Shown here: in pieces, positions 1 through 12,819 of the stretch | Numbering within the stretch: position 1 is the first letter of the stretch | Layout: every line of letters starts with the position of its first letter | NCBI GenBank assembly: GCA_951406725.2 | Contig: OX597815.1 | Coordinates: forward strand, 51,646,001 to 51,710,000 | Origin: Octopus vulgaris | Taxonomy: Eukaryota | DNA length: 64,000 nt | Direction of reading: 5' to 3' | Translations under genes and position numbers: made by a program | Notes under the pieces: model-generated | Databases searched by the model: none | What the model was told of the DNA's origin: nothing | What the model saw: only the letters and a program-made list of their open reading frames with translations

Positions 1-458
1 TCACAATACGGTAACAATAAATAACAATAAATTCCTAGACTGAATTTTAAATATGTTGTGTAAAATTCATATGATTGAAGGGTTAAAGATAATGGCTGCA
101 GAATAAAACTGATATGACTAAAGTTTTGAAAAAAAAATCTGACGAGAATGAAAGGGAAAACTGATTTGGCTGAAGTGTAAGGCTAATGTGAATGAATGAT
201 AAAATTATAATCAGTTAGAGTGATGGGTAAAACTGATATAATTAAAGTATAAAAATTGATATGGCCAAAGAGTAGAACTGATACTGCTGAAAGGTGGGAA
301 TTTATAAAACTCAAATTATATAATCTGATATGATTGATCTTGTCTTTGCAGGTTTCTCTCTCTCTTGCACACCGTCAATCGTCAGTTTTTATCAGAAAAG
401 GAATTACTGCCACCACTTTAGTTTTGCCTGCATGCATACACACATACATACATACACA

Positions 459-605
459 CACATCATCATCATCACTATCATTTAACATCCATGTTCCATG
501 CTGGCATGGGCTGGACAGATTGACAAGGTTCCAATGAATCAAGAACTGCATCAAACTCCAGTGTCTGCTTTGGCATGGTTTTTACAGTTGGTTGCCCTTC
601 CTAAT
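459..605 (-). mobile_element. RTE LINE 3' tail fragment
   Basis: Reverse complement of the tail at 20540-20676 (TTAGGAAGGGCA...CCCATGCCAGCATGGA...GTTAAATGAT repeats). Confidence 0.75.
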
Positions 606-611
606 ATGTGC

Positions 612-655
<44 letters not shown>

Positions 656-705
656 GAAAAAAAGTCAATATAGAAAATGCTAAAATAATTTTATAAAAAA
701 CATTT

Positions 706-741
706 CAGTACCGGTTTCAGTCATTGAGACTTTTTCAACTG
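706..741 (-). ncRNA. Minimal type I hammerhead ribozyme, U3-A8 core variant, Penelope-associated
   Basis: Minus strand reads CAG-TTGAAAA-AGTC(TCAAT)GACT-GAA-ACCGGT-A-CTG: stem I CAG/CTG, stem II AGTC/GACT, palindromic stem III, GUA cleavage triplet; lies downstream of a GIY-YIG remnant. Confidence 0.7.
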
Positions 742-898
742 TAAGTAAACAATTAAATTTAGAAAAATTAAAAGAAAAGTTTTCTTAAAAGAATATTTGT
801 ATAGTGTTCAAATACAAGTGGCATTTTTCTTGTTTCTGCCTGTCTCTGTCTATCTTGTTTACTCTTGCGGGTTCCAGGTCCTTGTGAATTCTTGGGGT

Positions 899-963
899 GA
901 AGAAGAAGAAGAAGAAGAAGAAGAAGAAGAAGAAGAAGAAGAAGAAGAAGAAGAAGAAGAGAA
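899..963 (+). repeat. (GAA)n microsatellite
   Basis: Pure GAA run; explains the poly-E ORF 797-979. Confidence 0.97.
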
Positions 964-1179
964 TGTAGGTAGTATGTAGGGAGAATGTAGGTAGTATGAA
1001 AGTAGTAAGGTGTTAAATGTTCAAATGACCTAAAAGTGATTCGTTATGGATTATAGCAGTGATTGGGACTGTTTTTTTAATGAATTCTTGGGAATCTCTC
1101 GAGTGTATCATTTTTAATATTTGCGTGTGTATTTGTGTTATTCTAAGGCTGTGGTAGATATGTCGTTTGTCGTAGACAC

Positions 1180-1420
1180 ATTCAAAAGGTGTCTGTATTT
1201 TGTAATAAAGAGAGTCTCTCTACTAATTCATTAGCTCCAGGTTGTATCGTCCCTGAACTGGTGGAGGGGAAAAATTCTGAAGCTTGGATTTTTTGTTATT
1301 GGCACAAATGTCTAAGTGCTGGCTGAATGCTATTTTTCTGTTCTGGGGAATTTTTATCTAGGATCTGTGCAGAGCCATTCTTTTACATAGACTGTTTTTT
1401 GTTTGGCCTATGTATTGCTC
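1180..1420 (-). pseudogene. Penelope-like element GIY-YIG endonuclease C-terminal remnant
   Basis: Manual translation EQYIGQTKNSLCKRMALHRS*IKIPQNRKIAFSQHLDIC, then frameshift to RETLFITKYRHLLN; YIG, R, H, E and LN motifs typical of PLE GIY-YIG. Confidence 0.85.
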
Positions 1421-2242
1421 TATATCATATATATATATATATATATATATAGGTTGTACCTTAGCCTAAGGTCAGCCCTGATCCAGTTGAATTCTCATCA
1501 AAGGCATCAAGCATTAACTTTGGAATCTTTTTTTTCTTTCAGACAGTGTAGTCTAGGACAATATTTTCTGATGTGTCTTTTTCTTCTTGAATCAGTGGGG
1601 CGTAAGTGGAAGGAGATTTGACTGCTATTTTATGTAGGTCAAGCAACTCCACATGTTCCCTGGCTAGCTGACTGACATCACAGCAATTTTATGACTGTTA
1701 GAAATCATTATCTCCAGAGGATGTAGTTATAAAATAAGTCATTCTTGATCATAAAACAAATATCTGCAGGTAATGCCAGCATAATCTAAAGTTGTTATTT
1801 TTTACAGTTTAATCACTGAAACAATTAGAAGCAATCAGAGAACTTAAACTTTGCTGCAGACAGAAAACTAAAATAAAAAGAAATATTAACGCAGTTTACC
1901 ATTATTTTTATTATTATCATTATTATTATTTTTCATACATAATTTATATTCAACTTTAAGAACAAAATTTATTTATATTATAATAAATAAACTTTTACTC
2001 CATAGGAAGATGGTTCTGGTCTACAGAGACTTAAATTATATAGGATAATTTAAATATCACGCTTCGTTACCAAACAATACATACATATATATGCATGAAT
2101 CTACCATGATAATGCCAAGTACCAAAAAGATAAACAAGTAATTGCAATATATTAAAAGAGAGTTTTCAACATATTAGTGATATGCTTTATTAATGGTAAC
2201 ATGAGCAAAATAAACAAGAAATTCTAAAAGCAAAATATATAG

Positions 2243-2273
<31 letters not shown>

Positions 2274-2579
2274 CAGACAGACATTGAGAGAGAAATATAT
2301 GTGTGTATCATATATATACATACATACACTCACACATATATACAAGCATGCACTCACTCACACACACACATATAGAATTATAAGCATTAAATCCTTAATC
2401 ATTTAATAAAGAAGTAATTTGAAATTTACAAGGAAGGAAGGTTACGATAAAAGATAGACAGACATAGGAAACTCGGTAGATTTCAATCACAAGAGAAAAA
2501 AGGAAGTTAAACTACATGGAAATTATTACATGAAGCTATCAGCATTTGTTCATACCAATGTGAAGTTTCCAATCATTTA

Positions 2580-2698
<119 letters not shown>

Positions 2699-3046
2699 AT
2701 GAATATATATATATGTATGTAAGTAGACTCTTGTCACCAGTATGTGTTCAAATTAGATCTGCAGATAAAAGCCATCATTGTGATGAAATGAAACCTAAGG
2801 TACAATTGCCAGTAAATTACACTCAGATTAAACAACAAGTTCTTATTTCTTAGGAGCAGGATCCAACAATGATTAGGATAGAATGGGAAAAATAAATTTA
2901 ATCAAAAAGGCTATAAGAAACAAATTACAAAAACAATATCAGTGTTTGTGTGTATGCACACATAATTACCTACTGTCATGGAAAAGTGCTGAATAAATGT
3001 TTTGCAGATTTTTGAAAGTTAGACACTTGCATACGGAAGTGAAGAT

Positions 3047-3457
3047 CACTTAAAGTGGATAGAATTTGTGGAAGAAGGAGACCCAGGAAGATATGGGACA
3101 AAGTATCGAAGGCCAATCACAAGACACTGTGCCTTACAAAGGAGATGATTAAGGGCCAAGATACTTGGTGCATTGTTGTACTGAAGAAGACCTGTCCATG
3201 ACAGCAGAATTGATACCAGTGCTGGTACCACATAAAAAGTATTTGTGCTGGTGCCACATTCAAAGCACCCAGTACACTCTATGGAGTGGTTGGTGTTAGG
3301 AAGGGCATACAGCCATAGAAACCATGCCAGAACAGACAATAGAGCTTGGTACAGCCCCTGAATTTACCAGCTCTAGTCAAACCATCCAACCCATGCCAGC
3401 ATAGAAAGCCAACCCATGCCAGCATAGAAAGCCAATGTTAAATGATGATGATGATGA
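3047..3457 (+). mobile_element. Degenerate RTE LINE 3' end
   Basis: GGAAGAAGGAGACCCAGGAAGATATGGGAC (GRRRPRKIWD) matches the RTE C-terminus near 19745; ends in GTTAAATGATGAT. Confidence 0.8.
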
Positions 3458-3518
3458 CTGTCATTTTTACTTTTAAAGTTACAAATAATTAATTTCAAAC
3501 TAATAATAATAGTCTTGC

Positions 3519-3750
3519 TTAACCCTTCAGCATCTGAACTGGCCATATCCAGCTAATATATCCTACTTGGTTTATGCTCAAATGAGCTAGATCTGACCTC
3601 TCACACCAGTCCTACAATGTCATGCTAAAAATTAACAGTCACATCATCAAGTTCTCAAAGTGAAGAGATAATGCATCATTAATTTGAAACAATGAGAATA
3701 AATAATCAAGCATTACATTTGACATAGAAATGTAAATGTTAAAGGATTAA
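3519..3750. mobile_element. TTAA-flanked piggyBac-type MITE (family A)
   Basis: TTAA-CCCTTCAGCAT...ATGTTAAAGGA-TTAA; many ~200-230 bp relatives in the window. Confidence 0.75.
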
Positions 3751-3987
3751 AGGTTGCATATTTTCTTTAATGAGATTTTGTATGCAGTTATAAAATTCAT
3801 AGGACAATTCAAAGAGTTTAATGCTTTTATGCAATGTTTAATACACACACAAGAGAGAGGGGAGAGAGAGAGAGTGGGGAGTAATTTTTTTACTTAGGTG
3901 TCATAAACATTTATAAATGCTTACTTAGGCAACACTGGCAACTTCAACAGCCATCTTTATTAAAGGTTTTAAATATACATATATATA

Positions 3988-4547
3988 CAGGCATGGCTGT
4001 GTGGTAATAAGTCTGATTCTCAACCACATGGCTCCAGGTTCAGTCCCACTTTGTGGAACCTTGGGCAAGTATCTGCTACTATATCCCCAGGCCAACCAAA
4101 GCCTTGTGAGTGAACTTGGCAGATGGAAACTTAAAGAAGCTCATCGTATATATATATACATACATATATATATATATATATATATCAGGTGCAGGCATCA
4201 CTGTATGCTAAGAAACTTATCTCCCAACCACAAGGTTCTGAGTTTAGTCCCACTGCATGGCACTATGGGCAAGTGTCTTCTACTATAGGCTCAGGCCAAC
4301 CAAAGTCTGATGAGTGGATTTGGTAGATGGAAACTGAAAGAAGCTTATCGTGTGTGTGTTCCCCACCACTTATTGACAACCGGTGTAGGTGTGTTTATAT
4401 CTCTGTAACTTAGCAGGGTCAGCAGCAGAGACTAATAGAATAAGTACCAGATTTATAAAAAAGTACTGGGTTTCATTCAATCACCTACGACTTCTTCACG
4501 TAGTACCCCAGCATGGTTGCTGTCTAATGACTGAAATAAGTAAAAGA
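3988..4547 (+). mobile_element. tRNA-derived SINE family 1 (head fragment plus near full-length copy)
   Basis: A-box TGGCTGTGTGG, B-box GGTTCAGTCCC, CCTTGGGCAAG core, tail ATGACTGAAATAAGTAAAAGA. Confidence 0.85.
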
Positions 4548-4561
4548 TATATATATACACA

Positions 4562-4590
4562 CTAGCAATGCATCCTGGTGTTACCTGGGT
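4562..4590 (-). mobile_element. Isolated Helitron 3' terminus
   Basis: Minus strand ACCCAGGTAACACCAGGATGCATTGCTAG|T resembles the Helitron ends at 9878 and 14200. Confidence 0.5.
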
Positions 4591-4644
4591 GTTATGACCT
4601 CCAACCACATATCATCATCATCATCATGGAAAGCGGACACATTG

Positions 4645-4679
<35 letters not shown>

Positions 4680-4682
<3 letters not shown>

Positions 4683-5010
4683 GTAAAAAGCACCATTCAA
4701 ACGTGATCGTTACCAGCGTCGCCTTACTGGCACTTGTACCAGTAGCACATGAAAAACAATATTTGAGCGAGGTTGTTGCCAGTGCTGCTGGACTGGCTCT
4801 TGTGCAGGTGGCATGTAAAAAATACCATTTGAGCGTGGCCATTGTCAGTACTGCCTGACTGGCCCTCATGCCGGTGGCATATAAAAGCACCCACTACACT
4901 CTTGGAGTGGTTGGTGTTAGGAAGGGCATCCAGCTGTAGAAACTCTGCCAGATCAGATTGGAGCCTGGTGCAGCCATCTGGCTCGCCAGTCCTCAGTCAA
5001 ATCGTCCAAT
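4680..5010 (+). mobile_element. RTE 3' UTR fragment with three ~67-bp modules
   Basis: Repeated GCCAG..CTGGC..GTGCNGGTGGCAYRTAAAAAGCACC units followed by the common RTE tail. Confidence 0.8.
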
Positions 5011-5450
5011 CTTGTCTAATCAACTAGTCATCTCCCTCAAAATTTCAGGCCTTCTGCTTTTAGTAGAAAAGATTATCATTATTTAGCTCAAAGCACCTTG
5101 ACACCACATCTTCTTGGCCAAATACCACTAATTCCATTCACTGCTAAAATTCTCAACCACACCTTAACACCTGGTTCATTTCACCCCCATCCTACTCTCC
5201 AAATTCTTGAACATTTTAATTCACTACTTTTCATTAATTTTCCTTAAATTTTGTATGCAAACAAACGAAACCAACCCATTTTCTTTCAGTACTATTTAAT
5301 CATACTTCTTTTCTTTCCCTCCCCACTATCTCACGTTACATATCCTTCACTTTTTCCCCTTATTTTCTCTCTCTCCCCTTCTTCCCTTCTTCTTTCCTTC
5401 CTCTGTATATGTATTTATCCTTCTAACTTAGTATCCAACTTTCTCTTCTA

Positions 5451-5502
<52 letters not shown>

Positions 5503-5633
5503 TTCTATCAATTGGAATAGACTCACACTCAAGTTAACAGAGAAAGCAAATTTTGAATATTGCAGCTGCACTTTAATAAACTCCAAGAGCACAAGGAAAA
5601 CAGACACCCTCAAATGCTCAGGAGGATAACCTA

Positions 5634-6125
5634 ACTTCTGTTATTCAGGTGACCTAATCAGGAGCTGTGGAGAATATTCTCAAAGCAAGAATAGAAACAG
5701 GATGGAAAATATTCAGGGATCTATTACCTTTACTCAAAAAAGTTTCCCTTTCAGAGTGAAAGGTACAATGATTGCATACGAACAGCAATTCTACATGGTA
5801 GTAAGATATGGGTTCAAAATGTGGAGGACGAGCAAAGAGTAGAAAGAAATAAAGCAAGTATTCTCCACTGGATATGCTATGTATGAGATCAATGGAATGA
5901 TCAATAAAGTATAGATGTGTTGAGAGCAAAAATGAGTATAAGTGGAATCAAATGTGTGCAAGAGAGAAGACTGTGTTAGTGTGCACATGTGAAGTATATG
6001 AATGAGGATAGTTGTATGAGAGAAGTGTCATTCACTCACAGTAGATGGAACTCAGAATGGTGAGAATCATGGAAGAAATGACAAAGGACTGAGATAACTG
6101 GAAATATGCATTGCTCAAGAAAATC
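5634..6125 (+). pseudogene. Highly degenerate RTE ORF C-terminal fragment
   Basis: Colinear with 19310-19870 (GCAAGAATAGAAACAGGATGG, GTGCAAGAGAGAAGACTG, ATGAATGAGGATAG). Confidence 0.7.
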
Positions 6126-7957
6126 CTCCCAGCCAAGCTTGCCCATCACGACTGAGATTCTGAAAGCATAACATGCATGCACACTATGTACACAGCGGAG
6201 TCTCTGTCAATTCTACAACTGCTTCCTCCTCTTCTTACTCTATTCAGATCCTCAAGAAATAAAATTAAGAAATAAATGTTCCAAGTTCAAATACAATCTG
6301 GGACAACAAATACATCCAAGAATAAAATACCTGATGATAATTAGAGATTAAATTAACTGAAACATAGTGTGATATAAATACTGTAAATATGCACAAATGG
6401 AAATTATAAGAAATTTAACATTTAGATATTTAATATAAGTTACTCTTCCCTAATGGTTGTTTCTGATTAGATTTTACCAGGATTTAAACAAACTAAAATA
6501 CAAATTTTATATCCTTTACATTTTTTTCCTTGTGTCATCTCTCCTACTGTTTTATCTGCTACCTCCCTACTACTTCATGAAACTTCAGCTTTAAAACTGT
6601 CTCCCTTGATAAAAGCCATTGTACCTCCTTTGTCATATTTTACAAAAATTAAGTAAATAAATGAATAAACATTGAAATCTAGATTTAGTTCTTTTACAAG
6701 CTTTACAATAATGTACATCTTCACAATAGTAATTCAAATAGAGAGAAAATAAATTATGGAAGACAGAAGAGAAAGGACAACATTTTATCATTATAAAACC
6801 AAAGAAAACCTCATGGGCAATATAGGACCCAACATTGTGTGTGCATGTGTAGAAGTATGCTTGCATATGTTTGATTGTGCCTGTATGTGCATGTGTAAAT
6901 GTGTGTGCATGTGCGTGCACCTGTATGCACATTGTAAACATGCCAGTATGTGTATGTATGTTGACACTTCCATGCAATGATGTAGGTTTATGAAAACCTC
7001 TAAATTGTCGCATTTATACACAAAGTTAGCATTATATCCATTTCAATAGAATTCTATAGAGACAGTAAAACAGAATAGAGTAAGGTAGATGGATACTGAG
7101 TAATGGAATAAAAATAATTAAAAAAAGAGAGAGAGATCTAGGAAAACAGGTAAGATGATATTGTATAAGATGAGAGAAGACAAACAAGAGAAGAATAGAA
7201 ACCAAAGGTGACAAAGGACTGAATATTATTCAGATCCTTATCACACATGGATTTCAGGTGGGTATCAAAGACAAATAGTTTTGAAAATTGGCTCCAGCAT
7301 TCACATGTATAGTCAATAAAGCTGGATAAAAAACAAACCAATATACAGTAAAAACCTGAATACCCAGCTTGTGGTGATAGCAATCATGCAAACTCAAACA
7401 CTGGTTATTTTAGTAATTTATTTATTGTTATATATTAAGCAAAAATACATATAAATCTATCCTAAGCAGGCTCTTCTAATTATCAGCTATTCAAATACCT
7501 CCTTCAGTTTCTGTTACATCATTACTTTTGTTTTCTTTTGTTCAAGTTGTTTGGCATTACTTTTTATTCTATTCAATTTACAGAAAACTCCATTAAAACT
7601 AGGTGGGGAAAAAACCAAAAAGATTCCTCTGTTGTTTGTTATTTTATTGTTATATGTATTTCGTTTTGTGTCTTTTTATTTAATTTTTTTTTCGTGGGAA
7701 CAAGGGTCATAAGAGGATGAAGATGGAATGAAGAGATGACCAATCTATATCTGCCCCCATGCTATTTTTGTGTGTGTGTGTGTTTCGTTTTGTTAATGAT
7801 TCCATATTCTGCCCTGATTCACCCAACAAGTATCACAATTTGTAAACTTGTTGATCTAAGACTTCATATTACATGGATGACAGGAAAATTACTAACATAG
7901 AACAAATAGTGGTGGTGGAAGCAGTAGCAGAGGCTGTTGTTGGTGTTTCTAACAAAG

Positions 7958-8308
7958 GCACAAGGGCAAAAGTTTGGAAAGAAGAGATTGGTCTATTAAA
8001 TTAACCCCAGACCTAATTTTATTGACTCTGGAGGGATGAAAACCAAAGCTGATCTCAGGGGTGGATTTGAAGATAAAAGAAAAAGCTGGAATAAATACCA
8101 CAAGGTATTTTGTCCAGTTCTCAAATAGGCCTGCCAACTACTGCCCAAATAATAATAATAATAATAATCCTTTCTATTATAGGCAAAAGACCTGAAATTT
8201 TGGAGAGGGGGATAGTTGATTACATAGACCCCAGTACTAAACTAATAATTATTTTATCAACGCCAGAAGGATGAAAGGTAAAGTCAACCCTGGCAGAAAT
8301 TGAATTCA
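7958..8308 (-). mobile_element. Two Deu/Nin-domain SINE 3' fragments
   Basis: Reverse complement of GACTTTRCCTTTCATCCTT..GGGGTCGATAAA..AGTACC..AAATTTCAGG; same family as 62545-62685. Confidence 0.65.
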
Positions 8309-8464
8309 ATAATAATAATGAGGAAGTGCACCTGGACAAATCCTCATAATATCTCCTTGTATCATTGGGTGCTTCAGGTCTTTCAACAGGCACCATCACT
8401 TAGGCAACTTAGCTAGAATTGACCAAAACCCCACCTTGTGTCGCATTAGCATGAACACATACAG

Positions 8465-8640
8465 GGTTCATACCATCTAATCCACACCCACCTTGAAGCA
8501 ACTTTTGTTGCCTCAATAGCCAACTTCATGCCCTTCCAACTGCGGACCTCTATGATATTCAACATGATGTAGGCTCTGTAGGTCTGTACTCCAAACTTTG
8601 CATCCCACTTCAATTGGATCACACTTTACTGTTCCAGTGA
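8465..8640 (-). pseudogene. Restriction-like endonuclease C-terminal remnant of a HERO/NeSL-type non-LTR retrotransposon
   Basis: Translations CDPIEVGCK and AIEATKVASRWVWIR resemble the PVEVGCRGF...AAERASRWLW pattern recalled for RLE-type retrotransposons. Confidence 0.55.
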
Positions 8641-9117
8641 AAACTAGCTTTCCAAATGATTTGACTGTTCCCAGCATTGAGTCTGTATCTATCAATAAAT
8701 ATTCCTTTGTTATTCTAAAACTTGGTTTAGATTAATAACCTCAGTTACATTAATCTAAACATTTACATATACATCTACACACAAGCATGAAAAAGTGGAC
8801 ATTAAAATGATAATGACATTTATACTATCTTCTGATGGACTGTCTCATGGTTTCTTGACAGCTCTTCGGCAAAGACATTCCCAGCTTCCCTCTCTCATCA
8901 AAACCATACATCAATTGTTAACAAACAAAGCATTCATGAATCAGACTAGTAATATAGATGGATAACCTAATTTGCATATTTGTGCTTTTTACTGCTCAAC
9001 ACAAATTAAAAGATATCTACCATAAACAAGAAAAACTGAAATATATAATATTTGAATTAATTTCAGCACTACTGATTTATGCATTGTTGAGCATAAACAC
9101 ACACACACATATATATA

Positions 9118-9660
9118 TCTCTTATTATAAAAGGCAGATTTTATCTGCCTCCCTTTGTCTCTTATAGAAATCTACAATATAGGATTTCTTCAATTACAAT
9201 TTACCTAGCATTTTTAAGAGTAGAATGCATCGGGTCATGCCAGGTCCGGTTTTTAAAATTTCAACCCCAATTAAGCAAAATTTAGAGAAAACTCACATTG
9301 TGGTGTGTAAGTGAAGTGCTTTTCTTCGTGTGGGCTACAGCACACACACGCACACACACAAAAACGGAGCGATCTGCTTCACTCACGCTATCACCCTAAT
9401 TTCTCCCACTTTCTCTTTGCAAGTGTACCTTAAACCACTACTAAAAAAAAAACACAGCAAACAGAAACAAATAAATACATAACGATTTACTCCTCACACA
9501 ATTTCTTCAATTAGAGTTTACCTATGATTTTTCAAAGTACTTCCATTCAGTCATGCCATACAAAATTTCTTTCAATTTCACCCCCAATTAAGACAAAATT
9601 CGAGAAAACTCAATATTTTAACATTTCACTCCGAAAGCATTGATGTACATGTGTGCATGC

Positions 9661-9699
<39 letters not shown>

Positions 9700-9784
9700 A
9701 TGGGATGTGCGACACAGAAAGTGTGGTGTGTAAGTGAAGTGCTTTTGTTAGTGTGTGTAAAGAGACAGAGAGAGTACACATACC
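9118..9784 (+). mobile_element. Helitron-like 5' end with internal diverged direct repeats
   Basis: A|TCTCTTATTATAAAAGGCAG start with hairpin AGGCAGAT-TTT-ATCTGCCT; 9184-9322 repeated in diverged form at 9502-9745. Confidence 0.6.
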
Positions 9785-9826
9785 TATATGATGATATATA
9801 TATATATATATCATCATCATCATATC

Positions 9827-9865
<39 letters not shown>

Positions 9866-9877
9866 TATATATATATA

Positions 9878-10235
9878 CTAGCAGTATCGCCCGGCGTTGC
9901 TTGGGTTTGTTTCGACCCGCTGGAATTGTAATTTTGAAAAGTAAAAATTTTGTGAACATTTTTCTGGTCGAAATACACCGAAAAGTGGCGACACAGCAGT
10001 AAAAAAATCGTAAAAAATAGGGATTTTCATAGAAAAAAGCAGCATTTTGATGTAAATAATTTTTGGTGTTAACATGGTCCGATTTGAATTTTATGTTCTA
10101 CGGAAGAAAGAGCAACCCTTCTTCTATCATACTCTCAATTTTGGTCAACTTGCGCCGCAGGGTCTCGGAGGAGATAGTGTTAGTTGAAGGTTACCAAACA
10201 TGGTGCACACAGACAACTTCAGCTTCATATAGAGA
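9878..10235 (-). mobile_element. Complete short non-autonomous Helitron (~358 bp)
   Basis: Minus strand starts A|TCTCTATATGAAGCTG and ends CCCAAGCAACGCCGGGCGATACTGCTAG|T: TC...CTAG termini, A|T target, subterminal GC-rich hairpin, no TSD. Confidence 0.85.
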
Positions 10236-10733
10236 TAACACACACACATTAATACATATACATAGACACACACACACATGTATGTATGGATGTATATATG
10301 TACATCTGTCCACTTCTTGCAATATTTTTATCCTTCACTTCTTACACACACACACACACACCTTATTAGCTTACAATTTCTTCCTGTCAACAATTGACAA
10401 CAGAAGTACGCTCGCCAATTAATACTACCAAAATTTAACGACAGAAAGTAAATTAAAAACCAATTTACCTTTTCTGTATTGTTTTCTGTACACCTAAAGC
10501 ACGCACACACACACACACACACAAGCGGAGCGCGAACTTCAAAAGAACTTTGCGCGCTATCTATCTGGTTTGCCATTCCTCACACACACGCATACACATA
10601 CATATATGACAGTGACAAACACAAACGTTTCAAACAACTACATACAAACACGTGTGTGTTTGTTATTAGTAAAAAGGCGGTAAAATTACAGATTATCACC
10701 CCCACGATTTTCACTAAGAAAAAAAAAAACTCG

Positions 10734-11113
10734 GATTTTTTGCGTGGAATCAAATACCCTGACCTCCTAATATGCTGCAAATCCCATATTTTGGTCCGGA
10801 ATTCCTCCGGAAAAGGGGGGGTATTACCCCCCCCCGGAATTTTCACAAGGAAAAAAAAAAAAAATCAGATTTCTAGCGTGGAATCAAGTACCCTGACCTC
10901 CTAATATGCTGCAAATCCCATATTTTGGTCCGGAAAGGGGGGGGGTAACACCCCCCCCCCGGAATTTTCACAAGAAAAAAAAAATCAGATTTTTTGCGTG
11001 GAATCAAGTACCCTGACCTCCTAATATGCTGCAAATCCCATATTTTGGTCCGGAATTGCTCCGGAAAGGGGGAGTAACCCCCTCCCCCGGAATTTTCACA
11101 AGGAAAAAAAAAA
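10734..11113 (+). repeat. Three ~120-135 bp subterminal tandem repeats in the left TIR (mirrored at ~13309-13686)
   Basis: Unit GATTTTTTGCGTGGAATCAAGTACCCTGACC...TCCGGAAAGGGGGG(TAAC)CCCCCCGGAATTTTCACAAG; unit-specific variants appear in mirror order in the right arm. Confidence 0.95.
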
Positions 11114-11478
11114 TAACATATCAATAATTTAGAAAAGAAACATTTCTAGAAAATAGTAAATTGAAGTGTCAACAAATTATTGGGCAAAATTGAAGTGTGA
11201 ACAAATCATTGGGCAAAAGAAGATTTGGCATACTGTCATGCTTTTAGCTGTCAGAAGTGAAAGTCGTCAACTTCGTGTATTTGCGTCAGGTTCGCTGTTA
11301 GGCTTATAAAACAATAGAAGTTCAGTTTAAAGTTTATAAATAAATACATTTCATTCCATGTTCTGTTTAAACTTTATAAATAAATATATTCTTGCAGTGT
11401 GTGTATATGTGGCTATATGTCTGACTAATGTGTGTGTCTGTATTTATTGTATGTGTGTATAAGTAGTTATATGCTTAT

Positions 11479-11592
11479 ATTATCCATTATAGTAATATTT
11501 GTCTGTTGAAACCTGTTTTAAGGCGGTCAATAGTTTAATTAAAGATGTATCTATACATGTATATATATATACAGGTGTATATATACATGTGT

Positions 11593-11627
<35 letters not shown>

Positions 11628-11780
11628 TATATATATACACATGTCTATATATATACACATGTATATATAAATATATATATATACATGTATATATATATAC
11701 ATGTATAGACACATCTTTAATTAAACTATTGACCGCCTTAAAACGGGTTTCAACAGACAAATATTACTATAATGGATAAT
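11479..11780. repeat. Internal palindrome centred on a (TA)n array, left arm
   Basis: ATTATCCATTATAG...TATACATG-(TA array)-CATGTATA...CTATAATGGATAAT with ~80-bp arms. Confidence 0.93.
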
Positions 11781-11865
11781 GTAATGGATAAAATTCAGAC
11801 AAACTTACCTCTTGCTGTCAAAAAAAGTGGATTAATTCTCAGCAAAACATACTGTTATGCTAGAC

Positions 11866-12536
11866 CAGTGGTTTTCAACCAGGGTTCCGCAAGAAGTTGC
11901 AAAACTGCTAAAATCGGCAGTAATTTTTAATTCTCCTGTGCAGATATGTGTGCATAAGACTATTAAATTATTGTACAGGGGTTCCTCGAGCCAGTGGAAT
12001 GTTTGAATTACGCTGTGTGGTTTCAGTTTCTAATTTTTGCTTCTGATCTCTCTTTGCCCCCCTCTCTATCTCAGTTGTTCATTCTGCAGATATTTAGAAA
12101 AGTTTTCGCGCCAAGTTTTGTTGTGGGCGGGAAAAGATGAACGATTTAAAATAAATATACCTTAATTGTAGTGTGAGAAAGTATATATATTCTGATGATA
12201 AAATATATTATCTTTCAAAAACATACCAAATTTATAGACTATATCGTGTATGTTTAAGAAATGGTTCATGAGACATTGTTCATCTGTCTCCCCACCACAC
12301 CTCCACCTACACAAAAATTAGTTTGAGATAGAGAGGGCGGCACAGAGAGAGATCAGAAGTAAAAATTAGAACCTGACACTATCACAGAGCGTAATTCAAA
12401 CATTCCACTGGCTCGAGGAACCCCTGTACAATAATTTAATAGTCTTATGCACACATATCTGCACAGGAGAATTAAAAATTACTGCCGATTTTAGCAGTTT
12501 TGCAACTTCTTGCGGAACCCTGGTTGAAAACCACTG
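11866..12536. mobile_element. Mirrored hAT (Charlie-type) termini inside the foldback arms
   Basis: CTAGAC|CAGTGGTTTTCAACC and its reverse complement GGTTGAAAACCACTG|GTCTAG. Confidence 0.6.
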
Positions 12537-12621
12537 GTCTAGCATAACAGTATGTTTTGCTGAGAATTAATCCACTTTTTTTGACAGCAAGAGGTAAGTT
12601 TGTCTGAATTTTATCCATTAC

Positions 12622-12759
12622 ATTATCCATTATAGTAATATTTGTCTGTTGAAACCCGTTTTAAGGCGGTCAATAGTTTAATTAAAGATGTGTCTATACA
12701 TGTATATATATACATGTGTATATATATATATTTATATATACATGTGTATATATATAGAC

Positions 12760-12819
<60 letters not shown>

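Noticed and set aside
10734-11113. CRISPR-like regular repeats
   Set aside because: Whole units repeat with no unique spacers; eukaryotic context and no cas genes
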